Part shown: positions 36,901 to 46,325 of the stretch, piece after piece | Layout of the letters: the number at the start of each line of letters is the position of its first letter | Position numbering within the stretch: the stretch's first letter is position 1 | Sequence record: MH383160.1 | Direction: 5' to 3' (one strand) | Length of the DNA: 64,000 nucleotides | The notes under the pieces: model-generated | Databases searched by the model: none | Seen by the model: only the letters and a program-made list of their open reading frames with translations | Told to the model about the DNA's origin: nothing | Position numbers and translations under genes: made by a program

Positions 36901-39900
36901 CTGGAACTATTTTATTTGGTGATCGTCGTGGTCAATATGACAAATATAAAAGATTTGGTGTACAGCCATTCAAAATTACAAAAACTGGAAATAAAACATC
37001 TTCTGGTATTGATATTTGTGTGGTTGAATATATTGCACCTGAAATTTTAGGTTTAGTGTCTGGATCTTTAAATCATAGAGCAGAACCTTGGACATATGGT
37101 GATATGGGTGACATGGAATTTACATACATGAACACTACATTGTTTGCATATGACCAAATGATGCTTTTGTATAAAGCTAAACCAGCACAATTTGCTAACT
37201 ATTTCTGGGATACCCGCAACGATAACTTAAAAGAAGTATTCACTGATGGTTCACAATTCCTTTATGGTGATACACGTAAGCGTATTAATTTTGATAAAAA
37301 TACAGTAGTTCATGGTGAAAATAGCACAAGAACAATTGGTTATCAAATGTTTGTAAGTGACCATTTGATGTATCAAAATAAAAATATTACCACCAAGTAT
37401 GGGGATGTAGTTCGTTCTTCTTATATAAATGTTGGTCATAAAATTGGAGGATTTACTAAAGCAGATCAGCTAACATTCAATGCTAAATCTTTCGGTCTTA
37501 TTTCACAAGAAAACCAAACCATTGGTCTTGTTCGTTCTAATAATATCCGTGATGAGCAAATGAGTGCGATCAAAATTACTTGGAATGGTAGTGCATATCA
37601 GATTGATGGATATGACCTAGTTGGTGCTAAATTTAAATATAAACTTCCAGTAAAAAATGGTAGAAAAGTAACTCTTAAATTGGAAAACCGTAATGTTGTT
37701 CATTATAATGAATGGAAGTCTGAAGCTTCAATTGAATATGGTAAAGTTTTCAATAGTTACCAAGAAGTTTATACTTTTATTTGTGGATATGGTGAATATC
37801 TTAAAGAACATGGTTGGATTTTTGAAGATGTAAATGATAGCGGTGCTCAACAAGATTGGAACACTATTGCTAAAGATTTCGTGATCTGGAGTCAGAATTC
37901 TCTAGTAACTGGTGAATTTATTTCTTGTACCCCAAGTGCTGCAAACGCTAAATTTGGGGCAGACTTTGGTTCAGTACAATCTATTACGCAAAATAATGGT
38001 GGTGTATGGTCATTACTTGATGATAATAACCAAGGTATTCGCCAATATGAAATTGAAACTTCTCGTATTGGAAATATCTTCACTGTTAGAACTTTAGAAT
38101 CTAATAAACGCATTGCATTGATTCGTTTAAGTTTGTGTTCATATGAACATGCTGTTATTTTTGATGATAAAACTATTTTTGGTGATTACATTTATCAGCC
38201 AACATATGGTTCTATTCAAGAACTAATTAAAATGTATGGATATATTACTGGTTCATGGACTGGTCGCCTACAAGCTCCTGGATTTATTATCTTGGAAGCT
38301 GGAACACTACCATCATTTGAAAAATTAGTGTCGGATTTCCAACATTATTATGATAGTGAAACTCCAGTAAGTGATGTACAATTACAAGAGTTGTCAAACC
38401 ATTTGATTGGTTATCAATCTCGTGATTATCTACAGCGTATGATTAGTAGTGATGTTAGTCGTGTTGATTTCTATAAAGGATTCATTCACGATAAAGGTAC
38501 TAACCAAGTTTTAGAACGTGTACTTCGTGTTTCTAAATCATATGACACTGATGAATATAAAGCATTACAAGAATGGGCATTTAAAATTGGTACATATGGT
38601 AATATTGATGGTAAGAAAAACCTTCAATTTAAACTAATCAATGACCAATTTAAACAACAACCTCAAATGGTTTCTTTTGATGTAAATGCAACTTCAAATG
38701 GTAATGGTAATCATATTGTATACTTCGGTGAGCAAGGTAAAGATCCTCGTTGGATTACACGTCCAAATGGTAAGTTCTCATTCCCAATGCGTAGTGGAAG
38801 AAGTGAAAACATCCAACTTCCAGATATTGGTCCAGTAACATTGGATGAAGTATCGTACACAACAAAAGATTTCAGTACTGCATATAATGACCGCATAACT
38901 TATACTAATGGTAAAGGTGAAAATCCTGAATCTGTGTGGATGTTTAAAGACGGTAATGGTTTGTGGAACATTTTTGAATTGGTTGATACTAATGTGCAAA
39001 TGGTTTCTATAACACCTATTGAAAATACCGATGTGTATGCTGAACAATTTTGTAAAGTAACTTTAACTGATAATGTACCACTTGAAGATGGTGATTATTA
39101 TTATTTTGTTGATGAAACTAACTTTATGCCAGATACTTTAACAGTAGAAAGTCAATATTATACTGCTGGTTCTGATCCTAAAGTTATGGTAGTTCCATTT
39201 GACACTTCTATTGATATTGAATTTACTGATCCAGATACACGTCCACGTTTGTATCGTTATGTATCACGTTTTTCCAGTACTGATGAACGTCAAGCTTACA
39301 TTGACAAGAAATATAGTTTTAAAGCACCACAAAGTACTTTATTTGATCGTCCAACGACATATGATGAACGTACTAACATTACTGAGCTATATCTAAACGT
39401 TTATGACCCAATTAATGGTGTTATTCCAGGTGCGGCTATGCAAAACGTAACATATACTTCACCAGTTGATCCTGCACAGTATAATAGTAATGGAGAGTTA
39501 ATCCAGGCTTGGGGTGCTGATAAAGTTGGTCAAGTATGGTGGAACACTAGCACTGCATTTTATTTGGATTATACTCGTGCAATTTATGACGCAGACGGTA
39601 ATGTTGATATTGATGCAACCAATGAATACAAACGTTACAACTGGGGCCGTTTGTTGCCACATAGTACCATTGATGTGTTAGAGTGGGTTTGTTCACCAGT
39701 TGAGCCATATAACTGGGACAAATACTGTAAAGATGTTGCTAAGAAAAACAAAAATAATACTATGTATCTACCAAGTGGAACTGCACTTGAAGATAATTAT
39801 AGTACATTTTTGGAATATGATAGTTCAACTGATAGTTATGTAACAAAATACTATTTCTGGGTACGTGATACAATTTATGTACCACCACTACATACCAGAA

Positions 39901-42900
39901 CGAAATCATGTACTGACATTGCTCGTATTATTAAAGATCCAACACAGCTAAACATTCCTTGGTTCGCTCCAATAAATGAAAACTCGTTTATTCTTAGTAA
40001 TATGCAATTTAAAGTGAATGATGATACCAGTATTTTAACTGTTTCTTATTACATGGATAGTACTGAAGTTGTTAAACATGACCAGTATCAACTATGTAAA
40101 GAAGGTGACAGCTATAACTTTAACCCACTAATTTGGGATTCAATGTGGAACTCACTAATTGGTCAAGAAACAACTGAATCAGGTTCTGTGATTAATTTAT
40201 TATATCCAGATGTTGATAACGGTTTAGGATCAAACAAAACTTGGTTCCAAAATGTTATAGAAGCTCGTAGAAACTTTGTAGAAAGTGCTAATAATTATTA
40301 TAGGTCACAAAACATAACCACTAATAGTGTTGTTATGGAAGATGTGTTTAATGTTAAAACCACTGAAGTTAACCCTAATGAAGTTTCTTTCCGTGTATTG
40401 TCTTACAATAATGAATTAGTTATTGCAGTTGAAAGTGATAAATTTAAAGAAAATGACGCTGTTATTTTAAGTACTAGTGGATATCTACCAAATCCATTAA
40501 CTTCTAGTGCTGTTTATTTTATTCACTTCGACGAAAATGGATATATTCAGTTAATGAATAGTCCAGCAAACGCGGGTAGTGTTGTTACTATAACGTTAGA
40601 AAACAAAGGTGAGGGACAACATAAAATGATTAAACAATCTGATTATGTTGAATCACTAGGAACCTCATTAGACATGACTCAGTACTGGTCATATGCTGAT
40701 TGGTATGATGTTGGATATGATAGTAACACGACTTATACTCAAGAGTCAAGCTTAGAAGATGCTAATACTAAAAACTACCAAGTTGGCGATATTATCAGAG
40801 TTACCGATAGTGAAAACATTTGGACATTGTATATTAAATCACAATCACGCGATTCAATTTATTGGAAAGCGATTGGTCGTGAAAACAGTACAGTTGAACT
40901 CAATGATATGCTTTACGCAGATTATAGTGTTCATAATGATAATGGTTCACTAAGCAATCGTGAAATCAACGTTCGTAAAGCACTAGCTTTACTCAAAAAT
41001 TCTTTCGATTTACATCAAAGCGAAATTGTTTTTGATATGGTCAAATATGTACATGTTGAACAAAGTGTTGTGGATTGGGTATTTAAAACATCATATATCT
41101 ATATTGTTGGTTTGGAACAATCATTAGTTCAAAACTATTCAAACGATAATTTGATTAATCAAATTGTTGAATATTTTGAAGAAGTTAAACCTTATAGAAC
41201 TAAAATTCGTTCACAAATAGAGCAAAAGACATCTGATGATGATTTAATAAAAGGTCTATGTAATGATTTAGATCCTAATGGATATATTTTCGTTGACGGT
41301 TCTTGGATCAAAACTGAAAAAGATATTTGGGATTATGAGTACGCTCAATTTAATGAAATTACCCAAAAATGGGAACAGGTAGGTTCACTACCAAGTGATT
41401 TCGTTACACCAAATAGAAGATTCCAAGAAATTGATATTATTATGCATTATGATAATATTCAGTGTAAACCAAATGAAGATTTGGCAAGCATAAATGAATT
41501 AGTAAGTGTTAATAACAAATATCAATCCAATGAAAAGGATGCTGTTAGTAACTATGAATTACAACGTTATATATATTCTTTCCCAGAATATAGTGAAGAA
41601 ACTTTCGATCTTCTTATTGCTTATCAAATGCAAATCTACTATCCAGAATTGGATGTAACACTAGGAACAGCATATGGCGTTAACCAGTGGTATAAAGACC
41701 ATGCGGAAGATTTAGAAGCAACTGATGAATTCACTGCTACATTGGAACGTGTTTATAAAGAATCAACGCATAACGATATGTTTACTGACCTTAGACAATA
41801 TGTTCAGTATAACACATTGGCAAACCGTTTGAAACTTTATAAAGATATAAGTGATGAGAAAATTCACGATGAAGTTGGATGTGGATTTAGTGGACTTACT
41901 TATAATGACAATCCTAGTACTAGACTTCCATTAGGCTTTTCTTCTAGTAATGAATATAACTATGGATATTTTGAAATAAGCAGTGAATTGTATCAAAAAT
42001 ACATTTCATTAATTAAAGATAAAAATCCTGACGCATCAGACTATGAAGTAAAAGTTAAACTTGAAGTTGAGTATGGTGTATATGTTTATCGTTATGATGA
42101 AGTAGGTGGTGATACCCGTTTCTATACTGATGCTATTCACGTATTAGCAGGTATGAGAGGGTTATTCGACAAAGACGCTACTGACAAGTACGAAAAAGCT
42201 GAAGAGATTCTTAGTAAGACCCCAATTGATATCTATGCAATTACAATGATTCCACGAAAATATGTTTACTTAAATGTTAACGGTGTATATCAAAGTATAC
42301 CTGATGAACAAAGTATTGATGATTTCATGGAAGATTATTTTATCACAAATGGTGAAATGGTTGAACTAGCTGAAATAAATCTTGATGATTTACCACTAGA
42401 TCAAAATAATCCAATGTATTCTGATTATCAATATATACTTGATAGTATTACTGAAGCTAAGTACTTCAATGATATGAATGCATTTGATAACCTAGCATTG
42501 GAATCTCAAACTTCTTCAATAAAATGGGAAGTTAAAGATGATGAAGTTGATCCTTATATTGTGGATATATCTGACATAAACCCTTCTGGGCGTGATGTTG
42601 GTCAAATTAGATTTACAGTGGATGGATATGGGTTTGACAATGTATCTCTTGTACAATTACGTGATAACAGCAGATATCAAACTGAAGGTATGGCAATTAT
42701 CAATCCATATAAACATACAGAAGCAATTGTTAGTATTCCTTCATATGCTAAGATTGAAAATGATATTAATAAAACAACATCGAAGTTTGATGAAAAATAT
42801 TTCTATCGTGTGAGATCTATTAATAGCTTAACTGAAGCAGAAATAGTTGACAATGACCTATCTGATGGTGATAAGGTGATGATTTTCACTCCTGATGGTG

Positions 42901-43889
42901 AAGATTTTGTGAGATATCAAAATCACACATGGGAAACAATCTTGCGTGTATCTAACATCAAAAACAATACAACTCCGATTCTATTCACTGTAAGAAATAC
43001 AGGTAAGGAAACGATTGAATTGATTGATGAGAGTACTGGTGCAGTTCTCCGTTATGATAACATCACTCTTGCACAACAAAATGAGCCAGTACAGCCTCTA
43101 GCATTGAACATTGTTCGTGTTAGAACATTTGCTGACCCTGAATTTGTCAAGAATGGTATTAAATTGTATGAACAAAATAGAAATTACACCATTGATGTAA
43201 TTAATTATGATGTTTTCTACGATACTACTTTAAATGGTGGTAAGTACAATGACGGAATAACACCAGATGACGTTGACGTTTGGATAATCTCCAATGAAAT
43301 ATTTGATGTTGATGGAATTACTATCGATAACGGTTATAACTTACCAATTACGGGTGCGGGAGTTCTTAGTGAATTGGCAAGAACTAAAATGACTGATAGT
43401 TTAGAAATCAACGTTATCGAATATGATTCAAGTGTTATTCAACCGTTTAGAAATAATGAAGGGATATGGGTTTATGGATTCCCAATGGTTGACGGTATGT
43501 ATATCGGTGTTGTTGGTGGTACTGTTACTAATATCACAACCATTAGTGAAGAAAATACAACCTATGTTTCTCAACCTAAATCAATAAGTCCTTATAGTAT
43601 TAGAAATAATGTTTTATCCGGTTCAGCCGCGAACATGAATGATATTATATCGATTGGATATGAAAAAGTTGAAGTTAGAAATGCAAATAATTTACTCCGT
43701 GGTGTAATGTATAGTGCAGAACATGATTTTAAACTTAATACTACATATTCTTTCAATGGAATTAATTTAGGTAATTATGATATGTTAAAACGTTACACAC
43801 AAAATAGTTACACTATAGATCTTTCAGTATACACTGATAGTCTACAAGTTAGTGGTAATGATATTAAAAATATATTATTAGTTAAGTAA
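33918..43889 (+). CDS. Very large virion structural protein (about 3320 aa), probable gp7-like baseplate wedge/scaffold
   Basis: The likely start is MTNNF at 33918 (GGAG RBS). Follows gp6; late-like CATAAATA upstream; no enzymatic motif recognised. Confidence 0.55.
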   Translation: MTNNFKFQPTQMAEAVQKKLFIKRLPEWMQGLEDIQKVSDDVIQQWFNPAENELVDGYIGDMGSPAAAGNIFLHESTVARQLYQLSTAYVSKNDDSTIRSIQFYDDLVGYMNHYGALTDNESRLFNGKFYAWTPAINPNKMNNFSSYLWDTKNSYNITSPDYIVMERGALNGNTWSLQNFWYTLGETLEDGSILTEELMQDSRFIRARAPIIEYNKNIELINYGTKLRGTVDLFSDIIKPEDIVQKDINSGIRIDGIIPQDGMRILFTSIGNNGENNRIYNVYVKKMQDGTRVYGLALDPEEETESRPSGEPQDGDVVLITKGNEYGNSSMYWNGSLWVRAQSKTSVNVFPKFQLYDRNGIKLDNSTTYPSSNFKGSELFGFKINYNYATDSVYGYNIELGDYNYYIYENFLQSQRYTYDHLGKEVEIDGLYYYNIIDENNEMNLQTDWVRSEEYSKQFVKQTPQVQRTDMYRVFSTVYDMEVFKEPVDGMYAYVIEVDRTYQYYKADRETYLDWHPITGDGVQIVKYDHTFELAQKVLDNDSDIIEVVVDGVDVSKYTKNVSKGQVQSITLDSTVDLDEDSVIQIRTYSSTVTPNKELGAYEVPINLQNNPYNSNIIYINQGDYTLHFQDIIQKNITRGSSDDFNDYEERLAKGLVNNGVGTKIIQNEASMLPLMAHTANEDIDLFEATMFMQSEYFRFINKFNTQMLRMYDENPSDFLQNSAANIVDAILTTINMGRDSSFPFYYDNVGSTSGFIRAFIPPTPQFLGILQAYVPEKATFLTAGSKPSCYNISHTGIISKAYRVINGVDKMDDVVYELENRIFNSIDNKFKDVDYVPVLNSDDLFPTPYFTKSEYSAEEKQTLLLRGYINFTATNGISNSTHDYDPNNWRTWNYTGTYYVVNGQSTEIPARGSWRAIYTDQYGTYRPATHPWEMFGFTQRPTWWNQEYEPTAVQVGERDSDVVYVYEALVMNEQGDLVPSGLWDIDGTIGDSSTGTILFGDRRGQYDKYKRFGVQPFKITKTGNKTSSGIDICVVEYIAPEILGLVSGSLNHRAEPWTYGDMGDMEFTYMNTTLFAYDQMMLLYKAKPAQFANYFWDTRNDNLKEVFTDGSQFLYGDTRKRINFDKNTVVHGENSTRTIGYQMFVSDHLMYQNKNITTKYGDVVRSSYINVGHKIGGFTKADQLTFNAKSFGLISQENQTIGLVRSNNIRDEQMSAIKITWNGSAYQIDGYDLVGAKFKYKLPVKNGRKVTLKLENRNVVHYNEWKSEASIEYGKVFNSYQEVYTFICGYGEYLKEHGWIFEDVNDSGAQQDWNTIAKDFVIWSQNSLVTGEFISCTPSAANAKFGADFGSVQSITQNNGGVWSLLDDNNQGIRQYEIETSRIGNIFTVRTLESNKRIALIRLSLCSYEHAVIFDDKTIFGDYIYQPTYGSIQELIKMYGYITGSWTGRLQAPGFIILEAGTLPSFEKLVSDFQHYYDSETPVSDVQLQELSNHLIGYQSRDYLQRMISSDVSRVDFYKGFIHDKGTNQVLERVLRVSKSYDTDEYKALQEWAFKIGTYGNIDGKKNLQFKLINDQFKQQPQMVSFDVNATSNGNGNHIVYFGEQGKDPRWITRPNGKFSFPMRSGRSENIQLPDIGPVTLDEVSYTTKDFSTAYNDRITYTNGKGENPESVWMFKDGNGLWNIFELVDTNVQMVSITPIENTDVYAEQFCKVTLTDNVPLEDGDYYYFVDETNFMPDTLTVESQYYTAGSDPKVMVVPFDTSIDIEFTDPDTRPRLYRYVSRFSSTDERQAYIDKKYSFKAPQSTLFDRPTTYDERTNITELYLNVYDPINGVIPGAAMQNVTYTSPVDPAQYNSNGELIQAWGADKVGQVWWNTSTAFYLDYTRAIYDADGNVDIDATNEYKRYNWGRLLPHSTIDVLEWVCSPVEPYNWDKYCKDVAKKNKNNTMYLPSGTALEDNYSTFLEYDSSTDSYVTKYYFWVRDTIYVPPLHTRTKSCTDIARIIKDPTQLNIPWFAPINENSFILSNMQFKVNDDTSILTVSYYMDSTEVVKHDQYQLCKEGDSYNFNPLIWDSMWNSLIGQETTESGSVINLLYPDVDNGLGSNKTWFQNVIEARRNFVESANNYYRSQNITTNSVVMEDVFNVKTTEVNPNEVSFRVLSYNNELVIAVESDKFKENDAVILSTSGYLPNPLTSSAVYFIHFDENGYIQLMNSPANAGSVVTITLENKGEGQHKMIKQSDYVESLGTSLDMTQYWSYADWYDVGYDSNTTYTQESSLEDANTKNYQVGDIIRVTDSENIWTLYIKSQSRDSIYWKAIGRENSTVELNDMLYADYSVHNDNGSLSNREINVRKALALLKNSFDLHQSEIVFDMVKYVHVEQSVVDWVFKTSYIYIVGLEQSLVQNYSNDNLINQIVEYFEEVKPYRTKIRSQIEQKTSDDDLIKGLCNDLDPNGYIFVDGSWIKTEKDIWDYEYAQFNEITQKWEQVGSLPSDFVTPNRRFQEIDIIMHYDNIQCKPNEDLASINELVSVNNKYQSNEKDAVSNYELQRYIYSFPEYSEETFDLLIAYQMQIYYPELDVTLGTAYGVNQWYKDHAEDLEATDEFTATLERVYKESTHNDMFTDLRQYVQYNTLANRLKLYKDISDEKIHDEVGCGFSGLTYNDNPSTRLPLGFSSSNEYNYGYFEISSELYQKYISLIKDKNPDASDYEVKVKLEVEYGVYVYRYDEVGGDTRFYTDAIHVLAGMRGLFDKDATDKYEKAEEILSKTPIDIYAITMIPRKYVYLNVNGVYQSIPDEQSIDDFMEDYFITNGEMVELAEINLDDLPLDQNNPMYSDYQYILDSITEAKYFNDMNAFDNLALESQTSSIKWEVKDDEVDPYIVDISDINPSGRDVGQIRFTVDGYGFDNVSLVQLRDNSRYQTEGMAIINPYKHTEAIVSIPSYAKIENDINKTTSKFDEKYFYRVRSINSLTEAEIVDNDLSDGDKVMIFTPDGEDFVRYQNHTWETILRVSNIKNNTTPILFTVRNTGKETIELIDESTGAVLRYDNITLAQQNEPVQPLALNIVRVRTFADPEFVKNGIKLYEQNRNYTIDVINYDVFYDTTLNGGKYNDGITPDDVDVWIISNEIFDVDGITIDNGYNLPITGAGVLSELARTKMTDSLEINVIEYDSSVIQPFRNNEGIWVYGFPMVDGMYIGVVGGTVTNITTISEENTTYVSQPKSISPYSIRNNVLSGSAANMNDIISIGYEKVEVRNANNLLRGVMYSAEHDFKLNTTYSFNGINLGNYDMLKRYTQNSYTIDLSVYTDSLQVSGNDIKNILLVK

Positions 43890-43890
43890 T

Positions 43891-43928
43891 AAAAAAGGAG
43901 AGCATTATGCTCTCCTTTTCTTTTTTTT
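43891..43928. terminator. Bidirectional terminator
   Basis: A run, AGGAGAGC-ATTAT-GCTCTCCT, long T run, between converging genes. Confidence 0.85.
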
Positions 43929-46215
43929 ATACTAGTGCTTTATCTACAGCTTTGGTACGTTTCGGCTTAATACCGATTTTACCATCAATAACATCAAATG
44001 TAATGTTACCACCATTCACAAGTGAACCACACAACATTTCTTTAGCTAGTGGCACACGAATGTTTTGTTCAATGGTACGTTTCATTGGACGTGCACCCAT
44101 ACCAACTTTTACCCCATTTTTCGCAAGCCATTCACGTGCAGCTTTTGTCAATGTAACTTTAACATTACGGTCTTTGACTTGTTCATTCAAACCACCCATG
44201 AACTTATCAATGATGCTGTCAATAGCTTCACTGCTTAGGTCTTTAAACGTAACGATACTATCAATACGGTTAATAAACTCTGGTGGCAAGAATGCTTTAA
44301 TTGCCTTGTCCTGTGCAGTGTCACTACCGCTCATACCAATGCTACGCTTTGTTGAATCAGCCGCACCAAGGTTTGTAGTCATAATAACAGTTACGTTATT
44401 AAAATATACAGTTTTACCTTGAGAACCAGTCAGACGACCTTCATCCAAAACCTGTAGGAAGGTTAGTAGTACTTTACGATCTGCTTTTTCAATTTCATCA
44501 AGTAACAGTACTGCATTAGGGAACTGCTCAATTTTATCCAACAGTAAACCGTTACCAGAATCATGACCAACATAACCTGGAGGTGAACCAATTAGTTTAG
44601 AAACAGTATGTTCTTGTGAAAATTCTGACATATCAAAGCGAATGAGTTCCGCACCAGTTGCGTCTGCTAATGCTTTGGTAATTTCTGTTTTACCAGTACC
44701 AGATGGTCCAACAAACATAAATGCACCCTGAACACTAGATTTGTCACGCAGTCCTGCACGAGCTACCATCACGTTATCAACTAATTTTTGAATAGCTTCC
44801 TCTTGACCGTATACACGTGAGCGTAGTGCATCTGGTAGATTACGCATACGATCACTTTCAGTACATGCAACCACGTTGATATCCAAATTGGCAATACCAG
44901 CAACAACTTCTTGAATCAAATTGGCAGTAATAAGCTTACTATTGTTGTCACGTGAACGAACTTTAGCCGCAGCAGCATCCATTAGATCAATTGCTTTATC
45001 TGGGAAGTGCTTATTCTTCAGGAATTTATCACTGAGAGAAATTACAGCATCCATTGCATCAGATGTGAACTCAACATTATGGAATTTTTCATACGTTGGT
45101 TTCAAACCATTAACAATTGCACGAGTTTCATCAATTGTCGGCTCAACTACGTCAATTTTCATAAAACGACGAGTTAATGCACTATCTTTCTCGATATTTT
45201 TACGATATTCATCATATGTTGTTGCACCAATTACACGAATCTCACCACGTGAAAGTGCTGGCTTAAGCATATTGCTCATGTCCATAGAACCATTACTTGC
45301 GGAACCAGCCCCAACCATAATATGAATTTCATCAATGAAAACAATAGTATTTTCACGTTTCTTTAGTTCTTTTAGCAAATTGTCGATGCGTTCTTCAAAT
45401 TCACCACGATACTTAGTACCAGCAGTCAATGCACCAACATTTAGTGAAAGAATTTCAACGTCTTTCAGGTGTTCAGGTACGTTACCATCAGCAATAGCTT
45501 GTGCAAGCCCGTCGATGATTTGTGTTTTACCTACACCAGCTTCACCAGTGAGAATAGCATTCTTTTTGGTTTTGCGAGCAAGAGTCTCAATCAATGCAGA
45601 CAATTCTTTCTGGCGACCAATCATAGGATCTAGTTTGCCTTCTTTTGCAAGAGCAGTTAGATTCGTTGTATAGTCTTCCAAACCTTTTTGTTTAGATGAT
45701 TGCTGCTGTTGGGCCACTTTTTTATCTCCAATCGGTTCGTCATTAATACTTTGTAAGTTGATACCCTTATCAAGTGACTCAACGTGTTTCTGTAATGCAC
45801 GTGCAGCTTCAGTACAGCTAACACCTTCTTCTTTTAACGCAGCTTCTAGTGCTGTGTTAGGGAAAGACAGACATTCGAATAGAACAAAATATGCATCAAT
45901 CGAAAAATCATCACTTTTTAGTTGTTCAATAACTGATTTTTTAGAAAGCTCATGTACAACGCGATTCACTAGAAGTGAAGTGCGATTCGCGTCTTCATCT
46001 TTAACACTTTTTGGTGCATGTGGAACTGTTGTATTTTTAAGATAGTTCATCAGTCGGTTGTGCAGTTTGTCTGCATCAATGTTCATATCTTCAAATACGT
46101 TCTTGATGCTATCAATAGTCAGTACTGTGGCACTTACGTGGTCAATAGTCAAGAATGTATGACCTAGAGATGTTGCCAGTTCGTCGCTTTTTTTGAACAA
46201 TTGAGTAAGATTCAT
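43927..46215 (-). CDS. clpA: ClpA-like Hsp100 AAA+ unfoldase
   Basis: Clp N-domain GHTFLTIDH; D1 Walker A GEAGVGKT and Walker B FIDEIH; D2 [32 protein letters not shown]; no ClpB middle coiled coil; KRSIGM at the IGF/L loop position. Likely start MNLTQ at 46215. Confidence 0.88.
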   Translation of the reverse strand: MNLTQLFKKSDELATSLGHTFLTIDHVSATVLTIDSIKNVFEDMNIDADKLHNRLMNYLKNTTVPHAPKSVKDEDANRTSLLVNRVVHELSKKSVIEQLKSDDFSIDAYFVLFECLSFPNTALEAALKEEGVSCTEAARALQKHVESLDKGINLQSINDEPIGDKKVAQQQQSSKQKGLEDYTTNLTALAKEGKLDPMIGRQKELSALIETLARKTKKNAILTGEAGVGKTQIIDGLAQAIADGNVPEHLKDVEILSLNVGALTAGTKYRGEFEERIDNLLKELKKRENTIVFIDEIHIMVGAGSASNGSMDMSNMLKPALSRGEIRVIGATTYDEYRKNIEKDSALTRRFMKIDVVEPTIDETRAIVNGLKPTYEKFHNVEFTSDAMDAVISLSDKFLKNKHFPDKAIDLMDAAAAKVRSRDNNSKLITANLIQEVVAGIANLDINVVACTESDRMRNLPDALRSRVYGQEEAIQKLVDNVMVARAGLRDKSSVQGAFMFVGPSGTGKTEITKALADATGAELIRFDMSEFSQEHTVSKLIGSPPGYVGHDSGNGLLLDKIEQFPNAVLLLDEIEKADRKVLLTFLQVLDEGRLTGSQGKTVYFNNVTVIMTTNLGAADSTKRSIGMSGSDTAQDKAIKAFLPPEFINRIDSIVTFKDLSSEAIDSIIDKFMGGLNEQVKDRNVKVTLTKAAREWLAKNGVKVGMGARPMKRTIEQNIRVPLAKEMLCGSLVNGGNITFDVIDGKIGIKPKRTKAVDKALV

Positions 46216-46255
46216 GTATTCTCCTATGTGATTCACGTCACTCTAATTAATAAAC

Positions 46256-46283
46256 ATTATATCACATTCTTACGGTTTGTCTA
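46256..46283 (-). promoter_or_regulatory. Promoter TAGACA-N16-TATAAT with extended -10 (TGA), upstream of clpA
   Basis: Plus strand shows ATTATA at 46256-46261 and TGTCTA at 46278-46283. Confidence 0.7.
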
Positions 46284-46325
46284 CAAGGTAAATAAAGATA
46301 TACCCGATTTATTTTGGAGACAATC

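Noticed and set aside
43907-46045. Several plus-strand ORFs opposite clpA
   Set aside because: Antisense shadows of a strongly codon-biased gene.
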